A DNA stretch of 64,000 bases from an uncultured delta proteobacterium (GCA_963735595.1 CAVTLK010000002.1:704001-768000), one strand, 5' to 3'; shown: positions 45,455 through 57,057, counted from the first letter of the stretch. The notes: a model not told the origin generated them from the sequence alone. Numbers and translations are program-made.

Positions 45455-45488
45455 AAAAAAGGGGGGGATACAATCCCCCCCTTTTTTG
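45455..45488. terminator. Bidirectional intrinsic terminator
   Basis: AAAAAA-GGGGGGGAT-ACA-ATCCCCCC-TTTTTTT. Confidence 0.75.
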
Positions 45489-45512
45489 ATCTGACGTATC
45501 GATTCGGCCCGG

Positions 45513-45656
45513 TTAGAATTCGTACCGCACGCCGACCGTGAACCCGTGGGAATCGTAGTTCCTGCGGAGCTCGGCGTTGTAGTCCCCGTATACCGAGAAC
45601 CCCTTCCCGAAATAGGCCGTCACTCCCAGCCCCAGCAGCGCGCTGTCCCGATAAGG
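45513..45656 (-). pseudogene. Orphan autotransporter beta-domain C-terminal fragment
   Basis: RDSALLGLGVTAYFGKGFSVYGDYNAELRRNYDSHGFTVGVRYEF*; in-frame stop immediately upstream. Confidence 0.65.
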
Positions 45657-45813
45657 CTAATTGTACAGTGATTTCTATATACCCGGCCGTTTTTCCTGTC
45701 AATAAAAAAACTGTGATCTAGATCACATTCTGAGGCGCCGGGAAGGTACGGTGAGCAGGGGACGGACGTGTCGACGTCTTCCGAATAAACGGGCGCCGGT
45801 TGCCCGGCCGCCG

Positions 45814-46932
45814 TTAGCGGTGCACGAGGGTGATCCTGACGACCTCGGGGTGGGTGAGGATGCGCACGGGCGGACCCCAGGTGCCCAGGCCGCTGGTGAC
45901 GTAGACCTGCATCGGACCGATCCGGCCCGACCCGTAGCTTACGGTATAGACGAAGTCGGTGATTATTGTAGCGGGGAAGATCTGGCCGTGGTGGGAGTGG
46001 CCGGCGAGCATCAGGTCGACGCCGGCGGCCGCGTATATCTCAAGGTCGACCGGGCGGTGGGCCAGGAGGATCGTCGGCAATTCCGGGTCGCGGCCGGCCA
46101 AGAGGCCCGCCAGCGGCACCCGCGTATTGCGCGACCGCGCGTCGTCCAGCCCGACGAGCGTGGCGATACCCGGGATCGTCACCGCCTCGTCCCTCAGCAC
46201 CCGGATGCCGGCAGACTCGATGAAGCGCAGGGACGTTTCGCCCCCCCCGTGGTACTCGTGATTGCCGGGAACGGCATAGACGCCCAGCGGGGCGCGGAGG
46301 CGGGAGAGTATCCCGCCCGCGCGGCCGAGCCCGTCGACGCTCCCCTCGACGAGGTCGCCGCCGAGCAGGATGATGTCCGGGTTTTCGGCATTGATCGCCT
46401 CGACGAAGGCCTCAACCCTGCTTTCGGGAACGGTCGGCCCGACGTGAAGGTCCGATGCAAACACGATGGTCGTGGGATTATGGGCCTTCGGGAGTTTTGC
46501 CAGCGCGGCCGTTACGGGCTGGACCCGGATAAACCGCGTGTTGAGCCAGCCGAAGAAGACAATCAGGACGACGAGCGCAATGGACCCGAAAAAGAAGTTC
46601 GTCCCGGTAAACCGGCGGTGTTTCCTGACCCGCGCGGGGATGACAGGCGTGAGGCGGTCAATGAGCCTCACCGCGTCCGAAAGCAGGGTAATCAGGAAGA
46701 AATAGACCATCGCCACGACCCAGAGCGAGCCGACGACGTTTAAGACGTTCCAGACGGGGCCGTACAGAACGTCCTCGAGGGAGTGCATGAGCGGAAAGCC
46801 GACGGCCAGCGCGACGAAGAGGAGCTTCAGCCCGATTACCCACTGGCCGCTGCCCTTGACGGCGGCAAAGCCGCGGAAGAAGATGTAGGCGTTTATCAGG
46901 ACGTAGATAACCAGGAAACGCACGAAGAACAT
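45814..46932 (-). CDS. Membrane-anchored metallophosphoesterase (YkuE-like)
   Basis: SDLH, GGD, GNHE, AH.P, GHSHHGQ. Confidence 0.9.
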   Translation of the reverse strand: MFFVRFLVIYVLINAYIFFRGFAAVKGSGQWVIGLKLLFVALAVGFPLMHSLEDVLYGPVWNVLNVVGSLWVVAMVYFFLITLLSDAVRLIDRLTPVIPARVRKHRRFTGTNFFFGSIALVVLIVFFGWLNTRFIRVQPVTAALAKLPKAHNPTTIVFASDLHVGPTVPESRVEAFVEAINAENPDIILLGGDLVEGSVDGLGRAGGILSRLRAPLGVYAVPGNHEYHGGGETSLRFIESAGIRVLRDEAVTIPGIATLVGLDDARSRNTRVPLAGLLAGRDPELPTILLAHRPVDLEIYAAAGVDLMLAGHSHHGQIFPATIITDFVYTVSYGSGRIGPMQVYVTSGLGTWGPPVRILTHPEVVRITLVHR

Positions 46933-47103
46933 GAGATTTCCCCCGTTTCTGACGGTACCGCTCGATATTCTATTCTTAACTATACTATTATACTATAGGT
47001 TTCCGCTAAATGACAGAAAAAAATCGCGCCCCAGAAACGAGACAATTGTAAAAGTGACGGCGCTGTGTTAAGGTATGCCACGGGTTTTCTCGGAGGAATA
47101 GCC

Positions 47104-48264
47104 ATGACTTTCGATCCAAAGACGCTGTATCGGTTGCCAAAAGGAGTCCGGACGCGCTGGGCCAGTCCCGAAAACTGGGGCGGTGCCCCGGGCGCAGGCG
47201 GCAAGGAAAACGCCGGCCGCAAGGGCTCTCCCTTTTTCTACCTTCCGGCCGGGGCAAGCAAGGTCCTTGCCGAGGCCGCCGGCGATCCCGGCACGCTCAG
47301 GCGTATCTGGATAACAATTTCGGACCGAAGCCCCAAGATGCTCCGCGGGATACGGCTTGACATCTTCTGGGACGGGGCGGACAAACCGGCGGTTTCGGCC
47401 CCCCTGGGGGATTTTTTCGGCCACGGCCTCGGGCGGATGCGCCCATTTCAGTCGTGCCTCTTTTCGAGCGCCGAGGGCAGGAGCTTTACGAGCGTCGTCC
47501 CGATGCCGTTTCGGACCGGCATGAAGGCGGTCGTGACCAACGAGAACGACACCGACCTGACGCTCTTTTACTATGACGTCAGCTATACGGTCGGCGACGA
47601 GCATCCGGACAGCACCCCCTACTTCCATGCGCATTTCAGGAGGGAAAACCCGACGACTCTTAAGCGGGACTTCGAGATACTACCGCGCGTGGCCGGCGCC
47701 GGGCGCTACCTCGGCGCCCAGATCGGGGTCATCGTCGATAAAAAGCTCTATGCCGGCACCTGGTGGGGGGAAGGCGAGGCGAAGATCTACCTCGACGGCG
47801 ATCGGGAGCTGCCCACGCTCTGCGGCACGGGGACCGAGGACTATATCGGCACGGCATTCGGCCAGGGAAGGTTCGATCATCTCTACCAGGGCTGTCCGCT
47901 GGCCGATGAGAAGAACATGCAGTTTTCCTTCTATCGGCTTCATGTACCTGACCCGGTATATTTCACAAAGGACGTTCGGGTCACCCTCCAGCAGATGGGG
48001 ATATGGGAAGAAAAGACGAGGGCCGAGCTTGAAAAGGCATCCCCCAAGGTCTTTCGGGCCGGTCCGGGTATGGAGGAGGTCGATCTCCGTGAGCTCGGCG
48101 ACGCCTGGCCCATCGGCTACTTCGAGCGGGCCGACGACGTCTCCAGTTGTGTCTATTTCTACCTGGATCGGCCGGCAAACGATCTCGGTGCGATCACGGC
48201 CGCGCCCGAACGCATGGCGGGTCTCACCGAGGATACCGATATAAAGACCCACGAGGGTATCTGA
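47104..48264 (+). CDS. DUF2961 / GH172 family protein
   Basis: ASPEN, WWGEGE, GTGTEDY, YR.H.PDP; GGAGGA RBS. Confidence 0.85.
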   Translation: MTFDPKTLYRLPKGVRTRWASPENWGGAPGAGGKENAGRKGSPFFYLPAGASKVLAEAAGDPGTLRRIWITISDRSPKMLRGIRLDIFWDGADKPAVSAPLGDFFGHGLGRMRPFQSCLFSSAEGRSFTSVVPMPFRTGMKAVVTNENDTDLTLFYYDVSYTVGDEHPDSTPYFHAHFRRENPTTLKRDFEILPRVAGAGRYLGAQIGVIVDKKLYAGTWWGEGEAKIYLDGDRELPTLCGTGTEDYIGTAFGQGRFDHLYQGCPLADEKNMQFSFYRLHVPDPVYFTKDVRVTLQQMGIWEEKTRAELEKASPKVFRAGPGMEEVDLRELGDAWPIGYFERADDVSSCVYFYLDRPANDLGAITAAPERMAGLTEDTDIKTHEGI

Positions 48265-48296
48265 GGTCAAGTGATGGCCCTGTCCGCAGGGCCGCA

Positions 48297-49172
48297 TCAG
48301 ACCGCGCAGCCCTTGATACCCCGTTTCTGGTAATAGCGCTGGTGGTAATCCTCTGCCGGATAGAAGACTCCCGCGGGGACGATCTGGGTGACGATCAGCC
48401 GGTTGTGGTCTTTCTGGGCCTCTTTCACCGATTCGACGGCCTCTTTCTTCTGGTCTTCGTCGAAGTAAAACAGGGCCGACCGGTATTGAGAGCCCACGTC
48501 CGGCCCCTGCCGGTTGAGCGTCGTCGGATCGTGTATCTTCCAGAACAGGTCCAGAAGCTCGCGGTATGTTACGACGCCGGAGTCATACTCCACCAGAACC
48601 GTCTCGGCATGGCCGGTCGTGCTTGAGCAGACGTCCTCGTACGTCGGGTTCTCGGTGCGCCCGCCCATGTAGCCCACCGTCGTATTCACGACCCCCGGGA
48701 CCGTCCTGAAAGACTCCTCCACGCCCCAGAAGCATCCGGCGGCGAAGGCGGCGGTGCGGGTCGGGGCGGATTCGGTACCGCGTCCCTTGAAATCGAGGGA
48801 GACCGAATTGATGCAGTAGCGCTGTCCCGTCGGTTTGGGCCCGTCGTCAAAGAGGTGGCCCAGGTGGCTGCCGCATTTAGCGCACGTGACCTCCGTGCGC
48901 ACCATGCCGTGAGACGTATCGCGCCTGAGATCGACGGCGTCTTTTGCTACGTCAAAGAAGCTCGGCCAGCCGCTGCCCGAGTCGTATTTCCTGTCCGAGT
49001 CAAACAGTACCGCGCCGCAGACCTTGCAGGAATAGACGCCCTTTTTCTTGTTGGCATTGTAGGCGCCCGAGAACGGGGGCTCGGTGCCCTTCTCCCTCAG
49101 CACGCGGTACTCCTGCGGCGTCAGGCGCTCCTTAAGCTTCTTTTCATCTATTGTTTCCGTTGATTTCTTCAT
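48297..49172 (-). CDS. msrAB: Bifunctional methionine sulfoxide reductase MsrB-MsrA
   Basis: GTEPPF, GWPSF, RYCINS followed by GCFWG, GHAE, AEDYHQ. Confidence 0.93.
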   Translation of the reverse strand: MKKSTETIDEKKLKERLTPQEYRVLREKGTEPPFSGAYNANKKKGVYSCKVCGAVLFDSDRKYDSGSGWPSFFDVAKDAVDLRRDTSHGMVRTEVTCAKCGSHLGHLFDDGPKPTGQRYCINSVSLDFKGRGTESAPTRTAAFAAGCFWGVEESFRTVPGVVNTTVGYMGGRTENPTYEDVCSSTTGHAETVLVEYDSGVVTYRELLDLFWKIHDPTTLNRQGPDVGSQYRSALFYFDEDQKKEAVESVKEAQKDHNRLIVTQIVPAGVFYPAEDYHQRYYQKRGIKGCAV

Positions 49173-49394
49173 TGTCCGGCTCCTGGGCTATTTCTATAAC
49201 TAATTTATACTATTTAGATATAATATAAGCACCGGCACGCGAAATTCAACCCGCACGGGAGTGAACGCGGCTCCTGTTTTGCGTCGGGATAAGAGAAATA
49301 GTTGACTATTGGCCCGCAAGGCGCTACTATACAAAATTTACGGCGTTGAGGCCCTCGTCCCTCGTCACATTGCCGACGTATATGGGGTTATACC

Positions 49395-50030
49395 ATGGAA
49401 TTCAGGCTCTTTGACCTCCTGCTGCCCAGGGAGGTTGCATTTTTTAAGTACCTCAACCAGCAGATGGACCTCCTATGCCGCGCCTGTGAATCGTTCAAGG
49501 GACTCGTTTCGCAGATCAAGCACCTGTCCCACGAAGAGATTCATCACTATACGGCCTACATCAAGGAATACGAGTCCAAGGAAGACGAATTTGAGCGCGA
49601 GATCATCATTCAGCTCAACAAGACCTTCATAACGCCCCTGGACCGGGGAGACATCCACGAGATCGTCATCGGCATCGGACACTCGATGGACCTGCTCAAC
49701 AACGTCGCCCAGAAGATAGACAAGTACCGCGTGGCGGAAGTACCCGAAAACCTCACGAGGTTCGTGGATATCATGGTCCAGGTGGCAGACGAGCTTAAAA
49801 AACTTATCGGCTCACTGGAGACGAGGAAAGGGCTGCCGTCTTTGATCAACAAGATACACGCACTGGAGGTGGAGGCCGATACGCTTACCCACGCGAGCAT
49901 GGCCGAGCTCTTCCAGATGAAAGATCCGGTCTATATCATAAAATTCAAGGACATCTACGAGCAGCTGGAGGACATCATCAATTCCATGGACGATATAGCC
50001 AAGCTCATCAGGGGAATCACGCTCAAGTAG
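49395..50030 (+). CDS. DUF47 phosphate transport regulator
   Basis: FITPLDRGDI; adjacent to PiT. Confidence 0.88.
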   Translation: MEFRLFDLLLPREVAFFKYLNQQMDLLCRACESFKGLVSQIKHLSHEEIHHYTAYIKEYESKEDEFEREIIIQLNKTFITPLDRGDIHEIVIGIGHSMDLLNNVAQKIDKYRVAEVPENLTRFVDIMVQVADELKKLIGSLETRKGLPSLINKIHALEVEADTLTHASMAELFQMKDPVYIIKFKDIYEQLEDIINSMDDIAKLIRGITLK

Positions 50031-50037
50031 GTACCGT

Positions 50038-51027
50038 ATGCACCTGACGTTCGCCGTATCTATCATCGCTCTGGCGCTTATCTTCGACTTTTTCAACGGT
50101 TTTCACGACGCGGCAAATTCCATTGCCACGGTCGTGGTGACCAGGACGCTCTCTCCTTTTCAGGCCGTCCTGATGGCGGGGTTTGCCAATTTCATCGGTT
50201 TTCTCTTCTTCGGGGTAACGGTCGCCCATACCGTCGGCAAAGGGATCGTGGACAGCAACGCGGTAACGCTGCCGATTATTTTTGCGGCGCTGGTGGGCGC
50301 CATCAGCTGGAATATCCTGACCTGGCTCCTGGGCCTTCCCACCTCGAGCAGCCACGCCCTCATCGGGGGCCTGGTGGGCAGCACGGTGGCGGGCGTCGGC
50401 GTCAGGGCGGTTCACGTCAGCGGGGTGATCAAGGTCGTCGCCTTTATCTTCGTCGCGCCGCTGTTGGGGATGCTCGGGGCGATCCTTTTCACACTGCTTA
50501 TCATCTGGATTTTCCATCGGTTCAACCGACAGCGGACCAATACGGTATTCAAGAGGCTCCAGCTGGTCTCGGCGATGGTATATAGCGTCGGCCACGGGAC
50601 CAACGACGCCCAGAAGACGATGGGCATTATAACACTCGTCCTTTTCTCATCGGGCATGATCGAGACGTTTGAGGTCCACCGGTGGGTCGTCTTCGCGTGC
50701 TATTTTGCCATTGCCCTGGGGACCGTCTTCGGCGGGTGGCGGATCGTCGAGACGATGGGCACCAACATTACGAAGATCAGGCCGATGGAGGGCTTCTGTG
50801 CGGAGACCTCGTCCGCTGTCGTCCTCCTGGGGACGGCGCACTTCGGCATACCGGTCAGCACCACCCACGTGATCGCCGGCTCCATCATGGGGGTCGGCAC
50901 GGTGGAGGGGGCCAGGGGCGTCAGGTGGGTAACCGCGCGCCGGATCATCTGGGCGTGGTTTCTGACCATACCCGCGACAGGCATATTTTCCGCCCTGGCT
51001 TACTGGGCCGTATCCCTCGTTATATAG
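50038..51027 (+). CDS. pit: Inorganic phosphate transporter (PiT)
   Basis: NGFHDAANSIAT, HGTNDAQK, PVSTT. Confidence 0.93.
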   Translation: MHLTFAVSIIALALIFDFFNGFHDAANSIATVVVTRTLSPFQAVLMAGFANFIGFLFFGVTVAHTVGKGIVDSNAVTLPIIFAALVGAISWNILTWLLGLPTSSSHALIGGLVGSTVAGVGVRAVHVSGVIKVVAFIFVAPLLGMLGAILFTLLIIWIFHRFNRQRTNTVFKRLQLVSAMVYSVGHGTNDAQKTMGIITLVLFSSGMIETFEVHRWVVFACYFAIALGTVFGGWRIVETMGTNITKIRPMEGFCAETSSAVVLLGTAHFGIPVSTTHVIAGSIMGVGTVEGARGVRWVTARRIIWAWFLTIPATGIFSALAYWAVSLVI

Positions 51028-51054
51028 GGAGCCGAAACGGCCGACGATCCAATC

Positions 51055-51846
51055 CTACCCGTGGACGTAATCCCCGATAGTCCGGAAGCGTTTCATTTCC
51101 TCATCGGACAGCGGTCCCTTTTTCAGCGCGGCCAGACCCTCGATCATCTGCGACTCGTTATCGGGCCCCATCATGCACAGGTCGACGTGGGGGTCGGTCA
51201 GGACGAACCGATAGCAGTCCGACGCCGTCATGGGCTTCTCGCCTGCCGGCATTTTCTTCGGGTTCAGGAGCTTGCCCCACCGCGTGGCCGTATAGATGGT
51301 CAGCCCCGGGCGTTTAGCGCCGGAGAGAAACGGGAATATCTCCTGCTCGGCCCCGCGATGGGCGGCATTGTACCTGATCATAAAGATATCGATGGGTGAG
51401 TCAGCCCTCCGGGCGATCTTGCCGAAGAGCGTGCGGTTATGGCCCGACATGCCGATGAACCGGATCAGGCCTTTCTCACGCAGCTCAAGCGCCGCGTCGA
51501 TAATCCGCGCCGGCGGATACCAGTTGTTCCAGCCGAGCAGCAGCACGTCGGCGCGGTCGATGCCGAGGGACTTGATGCCCGTCCGCACGGAGCGGCGCAC
51601 CGTCAGGCCGAGGTGGTCGTACGACTGCAGGACGATGACGATCTCGTCCCGGTTGCCCCTGACGAGGTTCCTGAGGCCGTCCTGCATACCGGCCCTCCGG
51701 GGGGTGCTCCAATAAAAGTAGTTAATCCCGTATTCATGAAAGGCGCGCTCGACGCCGCCGGCGCCGATCCCGTAGCCCCCGGCAAGCCCCAGGCGGCTCA
51801 CCGAGAGCCCGGTCCTCCCGAGGACCCTGTTTTTCATAGAATCCAT
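51055..51846 (-). CDS. Aldo/keto reductase-like oxidoreductase
   Basis: LGRTGLSVSRLG, GLIRFIGMSGH, RYNAAH. Confidence 0.75.
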   Translation of the reverse strand: MDSMKNRVLGRTGLSVSRLGLAGGYGIGAGGVERAFHEYGINYFYWSTPRRAGMQDGLRNLVRGNRDEIVIVLQSYDHLGLTVRRSVRTGIKSLGIDRADVLLLGWNNWYPPARIIDAALELREKGLIRFIGMSGHNRTLFGKIARRADSPIDIFMIRYNAAHRGAEQEIFPFLSGAKRPGLTIYTATRWGKLLNPKKMPAGEKPMTASDCYRFVLTDPHVDLCMMGPDNESQMIEGLAALKKGPLSDEEMKRFRTIGDYVHG

Positions 51847-51957
51847 TATTATATACTCCCGTACGTAAAGAATCTGACAGTCACGGCACGTGCCTCGGCC
51901 GCGTGGATCGCGGGTGATTACCGTAACCGACGATAGAGGGCGGCGCACCGCCGCCCG

Positions 51958-52672
51958 TCATACCGCTCAGCCGCCCCCGAAGCCGACGGTTACCGCACCG
52001 TCCGCGCCGACGACTACCGGCACGATGCCCTCTCCGCCCGAGAGTCTCTCGACGGCCTCGCGCGCCGCGGGATCGTCGTCGATGACGATCTCCACGAAGG
52101 AGACGCGCCGCTCGGTCAGATCTTGCAGGGCCTTTTCGCAGTAGGGGCACCCGCGCTTGGTATAGACGGTTACCTGCCCGGCCGGCTCTATACGTCCTTC
52201 CTGCTGGGCAGCTTCGTACACCTGCTCGACCGCAAACCGTACGTATGCCAGGCACTTTTGCTTCCAGACTGCCCGATTCGAGAAATTCCTGATAGGCGCC
52301 GGGCGCCGAGAAGTCGTATCCGACCAGCTGCCGGCAGGTGAGCCCCGAGAACGTCCCGGTAAACCGTTTCACGAGGTCGCCTGCGGCGAGCCGGGCGCGG
52401 TGCCGCGCCTGTTTGACCGCCGGCTTATCTTCCTTCGGGGCACGGGACACGAGGCCGACGGCGATGACCGCCGTGGAAACCGCCCCGCAGGGCGCGTCCT
52501 GGCTTCCCCCGATACCGCCCAGAAAGGGAATCCCGGCCCAGAGGATGGACTCGTCTCCGAGATCGAACGCTTCCCACAGAACCTGCAGGACTGCCGGTCC
52601 TCAGTGGTACCCTTTACCCAGAAGCTCACTAACCCTTTGTTTTGCCTTATCGACGGGAAATGAAGGGATCAT
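51958..52672 (-). CDS. Probable selenoprotein: C_GCAxxG_C_C-family domain fused to a CPYC glutaredoxin-like domain ending GGG-U-A-V*
   Basis: AAGGAG RBS, ATG 52672, in-frame TGA 52603-52601 (GYH-U), PCGAVS, LTC; 1-bp frameshift near 52270; CPYC; TGA 51969-51967 then AV-stop; hairpins after both TGAs. Confidence 0.75.
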
Positions 52673-52747
52673 CTCTATCTCCTTTTATACGGGGGAATAA
52701 ACCCAATAGCGCGGTATAAGGCGGCGGCGGGCCGCCCCGCGGGCCGG

Positions 52748-55194
52748 CTACCCGATATCAACGAGCGAAAGCCTGCCGGCAAACCGGGACATCAAGACCT
52801 CCCGGGCCGCCCGGTTGGCGGGGTCCGAGAGGGTGGGGTCTTCGTGAAGGAGGGACTCGGCCTCCTTTCGGGCGGTGAGCAGCGTCCGGTAGTCCCTCGT
52901 GAGGTCCACCGCCCGGAACGCGGGCAGCCCCGATTGCCTGGTGCCCATAAACTCGCCCGGCCCCCTGATCTTGAGATCCTCCTCGGCAATCTCGAAACCG
53001 TCGGTCGTACTGGTCATGATATCCAGACGCCGCGCGGCGTCCTCGGAGCGGACGAAATCGGCCAGCAGGATGCAGTAGGAACGCTGGCCGGCGCGCCCGA
53101 CCCTGCCGCGCAGCTGATGGAGCTGGGACAGGCCGTAGCGCTCGGCGTGCTCGATGACCATTACCGTCGCATTGGGGACGTCCACCCCGACCTCCACGAC
53201 GGTCGTGGAGACCAGGATATTGATCTCCCCACGCGAGAACGCCCCCATGATCTCTTCCTTCTGGGGCCCCTTCATCCTGCCGGTGATCAGCCCCACACGG
53301 TACTCGGCGAAGACCTTTGTCAGCTCCGCGGCCATACGCACCGCGTCCTTGAGGGGAAGGGAGTCTGATTCCTCCACGAGGGGATACACGAAGAAGGCCT
53401 GCCTGCCTTTTACGAGCTCTTCCCGGATGATCTCGTAGGCTTTCCGCCTCGTGGCTTCGGAAAGCAGGATCGTGGTGGGTGGGAGTCCTGCCGGGAGGCA
53501 TCTGATCGATGACGCTCACGTCCAGGTCGCCGTAGACGGTCAGCGCCAGCGTCCGCGGGATGGGGGTTGCCGTCATGACGATCATCTCGGGGGCCAGGCC
53601 CTTTTCCTTGAGGGCGCCGCGCTGCAGCACACCGAACCGGTGCTGCTCGTCGATTACCACCAGGCCCAGGTCATAAAAGAGGACGTCTTTCGAAATAAGC
53701 GCGTGGGTGCCGAAGAGGATGGAGATGCTCCCATCGGCAATCCCGGACAGGATCTCGTCACGACGCTTCCCCTTTACCGAGGCGGTGAGCAGGGCGGAGC
53801 TAACGCCGACGGCGGCCAACATCCCGGAGAGGTTTCGAGAGTGCTGCTCGGCAAGGATTTCGGTGGGCGCCATGAGCGCGGCCTGTGCCTTTTCCTCCAC
53901 GACGGCCAGCGCCGCGGCGCAGGCCACCACGGTCTTTCCCGCACCCGACGTCGCCCTGGATGAGGCGGTGGGCCGGGTAGGGGGCACGCAGGTCGGCGAT
54001 TACCTCCGAGAGGACCCGGCTCTGGGCATCCGTCAGGGGAAACGAGAGGCCGGCAAGGAACGACTCCATGAGCGTCGCTTCAGCCCGGTAGCTCCTGCCC
54101 GGCGACCTGATGAGGTTTTTCTTTCTCAATAAAAGCCCCATCTCCAGGATGAAGAGCTCGTCCATTGCCAGGGACCGGATCGGCGGATAAGAATCGTCGG
54201 AGAGGGAGGGCGCGTCGTCAACGGGGTCGTGAATTTGGCGGACCGCCTCGGCGACCGGCATGAGGCCCAGCCGGCGCCTGATGTCTTCGGGGACCCCGTC
54301 GGGGAGAAGGGCCCCGTACGAGGAGAGCGCCGATCCCACGATCGAGACCATCGATTTGAGGCTGATCCCCTCGGTGAGGGGGTAGCGGGGGATGAGGCGG
54401 CCCCGGTACTCTTCCGATTCGTCCCACGGCTCCACGTCCGGGTGCGCCATGCTCTTCTTGAAGCTATATTCCGTGACGACCCCGCGCACCAGGAGCTTAG
54501 AACCATTCTTGAACCGCCCCTGCATGTAGGAGGGGGCATTAAACCAGACGAGCGTCATGACGTCGCGGCCGTCGGTTACGATCATCTCGTAGAGACGCTT
54601 TCTGGTCCTGCGGGAGTAGCGCTGCCCCCCGGCGACCACCTCAACGATGAGCGCGCCGGGCTGTTTATGGGTCAGTTCCCTGATCGTGTTGAGCTGGCGC
54701 ACGTCGATATAGTAGTGGGGGATGAGAAACAGGAGGTCCTCCACCGTCTCGATACCGCGCTTCCTCAGGAGCTCCCCCCGGCGCGGGCCCACCCCCTTGA
54801 CGTACTCAACGGGTGTCCTGAGCTTCTGGAGGGCGGCCGAGAGATCCGGCGAACCGGGCGGCAGGGGGCTTTCCGTGTCGCCCGGTGACGGGACGGCGGA
54901 GGTGATCTCGTTCAGAATGGCGAGGGACCGGGTAACGGCCTGCCGCTTTGCTTCGTCGGGGAGCGCGTCAAAATCACCGAGCGATTCGTCCAGCGTGTCG
55001 ACCTGCGTCTGCCACCGGGGGTAGTCGGGAGCCGCGCGCATCCGGGAAATAATCTGCCTGGCGGTGGCCGAAAAGCCGGTGAGCCGAAAGAGGAGGGCAA
55101 AGTCACCCTTGGCCGCATAGGCGAGCGGCCTGGCCAGGAGGGCGGCCAGCTTGTCGGTTGAGTCGGGCGAGGGCCGGGACGGTGCATTTCCCAT
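52748..55194 (-). CDS. recG: ATP-dependent DNA helicase RecG (two apparent 1-bp insertions, ~53936 and ~53478)
   Basis: [57 protein letters not shown]. Confidence 0.92.
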
Positions 55195-55281
55195 ATCACC
55201 GAGTCTACCCGATAATGGCCCGGATTAAAAGGACTTTTTAATGCCTTGACAAGCGGCGGACGCCGTTTTAGTATCGGGGCT

Positions 55282-56323
55282 ATGGAGTACCTCGACATCA
55301 GGGGCGTCTCGAAGCGTTTCGGCGGCGTGCCGGCCGTCAGATCGGTAGACCTTACCACGGCAAAGGGATCGGTTACGGTGATCCTGGGGCCGTCCGGCTG
55401 CGGCAAATCGACATTGTTGCGCATCATCGCCGGGATTGAGGAGCCGGACGAGGGGACGATCCGTCTCTCGGGGCGTGATATCACCGATAGCCAGCCGCGT
55501 GACCGCAATATCGCCATGGTGTTTCAGGACTATGCCCTCTATCCCCACATGAGCGCCGAGAAAAACATGACCTTCGGCCTGATCATGCGGGGGGTGTCGA
55601 GGCGGGAGGCCAAAGAGCGGGCGGCGCGGGCCGCGCGCATGCTGGGGATAGAGGCGCTGCTCAAGAAGAAACCGGGGGCGCTGTCCGGGGGGGAGCGGCA
55701 GCGCCTTGCCGTCGGCAGGGCGATTGTCAAGGAGCCGAGCCTCTTCCTGATGGACGAACCGCTGAGCAACGTCGACGCGCAGTTCAAGGCCGCCATGCGA
55801 TTCGAGATAACGCGCCTCATTCGGGACCTTCAGGGCACCATGATCTGGGTCACCCACGACCAGGTGGAAGCAATGACGATGGCCGACAGGCTGGTCGTTA
55901 TGAAAGAGGGCGCGGTCGTGGCGGCAGGCACTCCCCGGGGTTTGTATGAGCGTCCCCCCGATCTCTTCGTCGCGGGGTTTCTCGGGAGCCCCCCGATGAA
56001 TATCATCCCCGGAGGGTCGTCGGTCTACCGGCGGCTTGCGCGGGCAGGCGACGATAGGCGGGGCGACCGAATCGTGCTCGGGGTCCGCCCGGAGGATATC
56101 GTGATCGGCCGGGGAGAGTTTACGGCGACCGTCGTTTTTCGCGAAGAGCTCGGCTTCGAGACACGGCTTACCCTTCAGGTAACAGACGGCACGGCGCGGG
56201 AGACGCTGACTGGCGCGCCTGGTCGGAGAGCCGCCCGAGGTCGGCAGCGAGGTCCGCTTTTCTATCGACGGGCGGCGCCTGCACCGCTTTGACCCGGTTA
56301 CCGAAAAGAGGATCGAGAAGTGA
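55282..56323 (+). CDS. MalK-like ABC transporter ATP-binding protein (frameshift near 56210 in the C-terminal domain)
   Basis: GPSGCGKST, VFQDYALYPH, LSGGERQR, VTHDQVEA; another frame supplies HRFDPVTEKRI. Confidence 0.88.
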
Positions 56324-56961
56324 AAAAGGCAGCCCGCCGCCGGCACCTCCTGTTTTTCTCTACCTCGCTTTTTGCCCATCTCCTGTTTGTACTCATACTC
56401 GTCGGGGTATGTCTCGTCGTCTCGGATACGCCGCCTATCGGCGGAGACCGACCGCTTGTGATATCGCTGGACGGGCGCGGCTCGGCCGATGACGGGACGG
56501 TCATAGATAGCCCGCTGGAAAAGACATCCACCCCCCGGACCGGACCCGCCCCTCACGACGCGAACCCAACGGAGGAATCGACGGATTACGGAGTTTCGGG
56601 CGGCGGGAATGCCGCGGGCGGTTCCGACGGCCTGGCGGGCGTAGTTGAAGGCGGCGGTACCGGTGACGCGGCGCTGATTTCGGGCTATATCGAGGGTATC
56701 CACGCGCGCATAAACCGATACAAGCGCTACCCGCCGGGGGCGGCCCGGGGCGGGATAGAGGGGACGGTCACCGTCTCGTTTCTGCTCGACAGGCACGGCG
56801 TCCTCCTCGAAAAGGGGATCGTGGCGGGCTCGGGCAACCGGGCGCTGGACGAGGCGGCGCTTGCCGCGGTCGGGGACTCGTCGCCCTTTCCCCCGTTTCC
56901 GGAAGGCCTGGACCGGGAAACGCTCCGGCTCAGGCTTCCCATCAATTACCGGCAACGATAG
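56320..56961 (+). CDS. TonB-family energy transducer
   Basis: N-terminal TM with SLFAH; YP..A...GIEG.V.V, SG...LD.AA. Confidence 0.8.
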   Translation: MKKAARRRHLLFFSTSLFAHLLFVLILVGVCLVVSDTPPIGGDRPLVISLDGRGSADDGTVIDSPLEKTSTPRTGPAPHDANPTEESTDYGVSGGGNAAGGSDGLAGVVEGGGTGDAALISGYIEGIHARINRYKRYPPGAARGGIEGTVTVSFLLDRHGVLLEKGIVAGSGNRALDEAALAAVGDSSPFPPFPEGLDRETLRLRLPINYRQR

Positions 56962-57057
56962 GTTCCTTCGAGCGATGGCATTCGGTGTCGGGAGCCGCCC
57001 ACGGGTTGACAGGGCGGCCGGTTATCCGTATAATATAGGTAGTCTAAGGAACCGGTA

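Noticed and set aside
48297..49172. Selenocysteine in MsrAB
   Set aside because: The catalytic positions are ordinary Cys codons (GCFWG, RYCINS).
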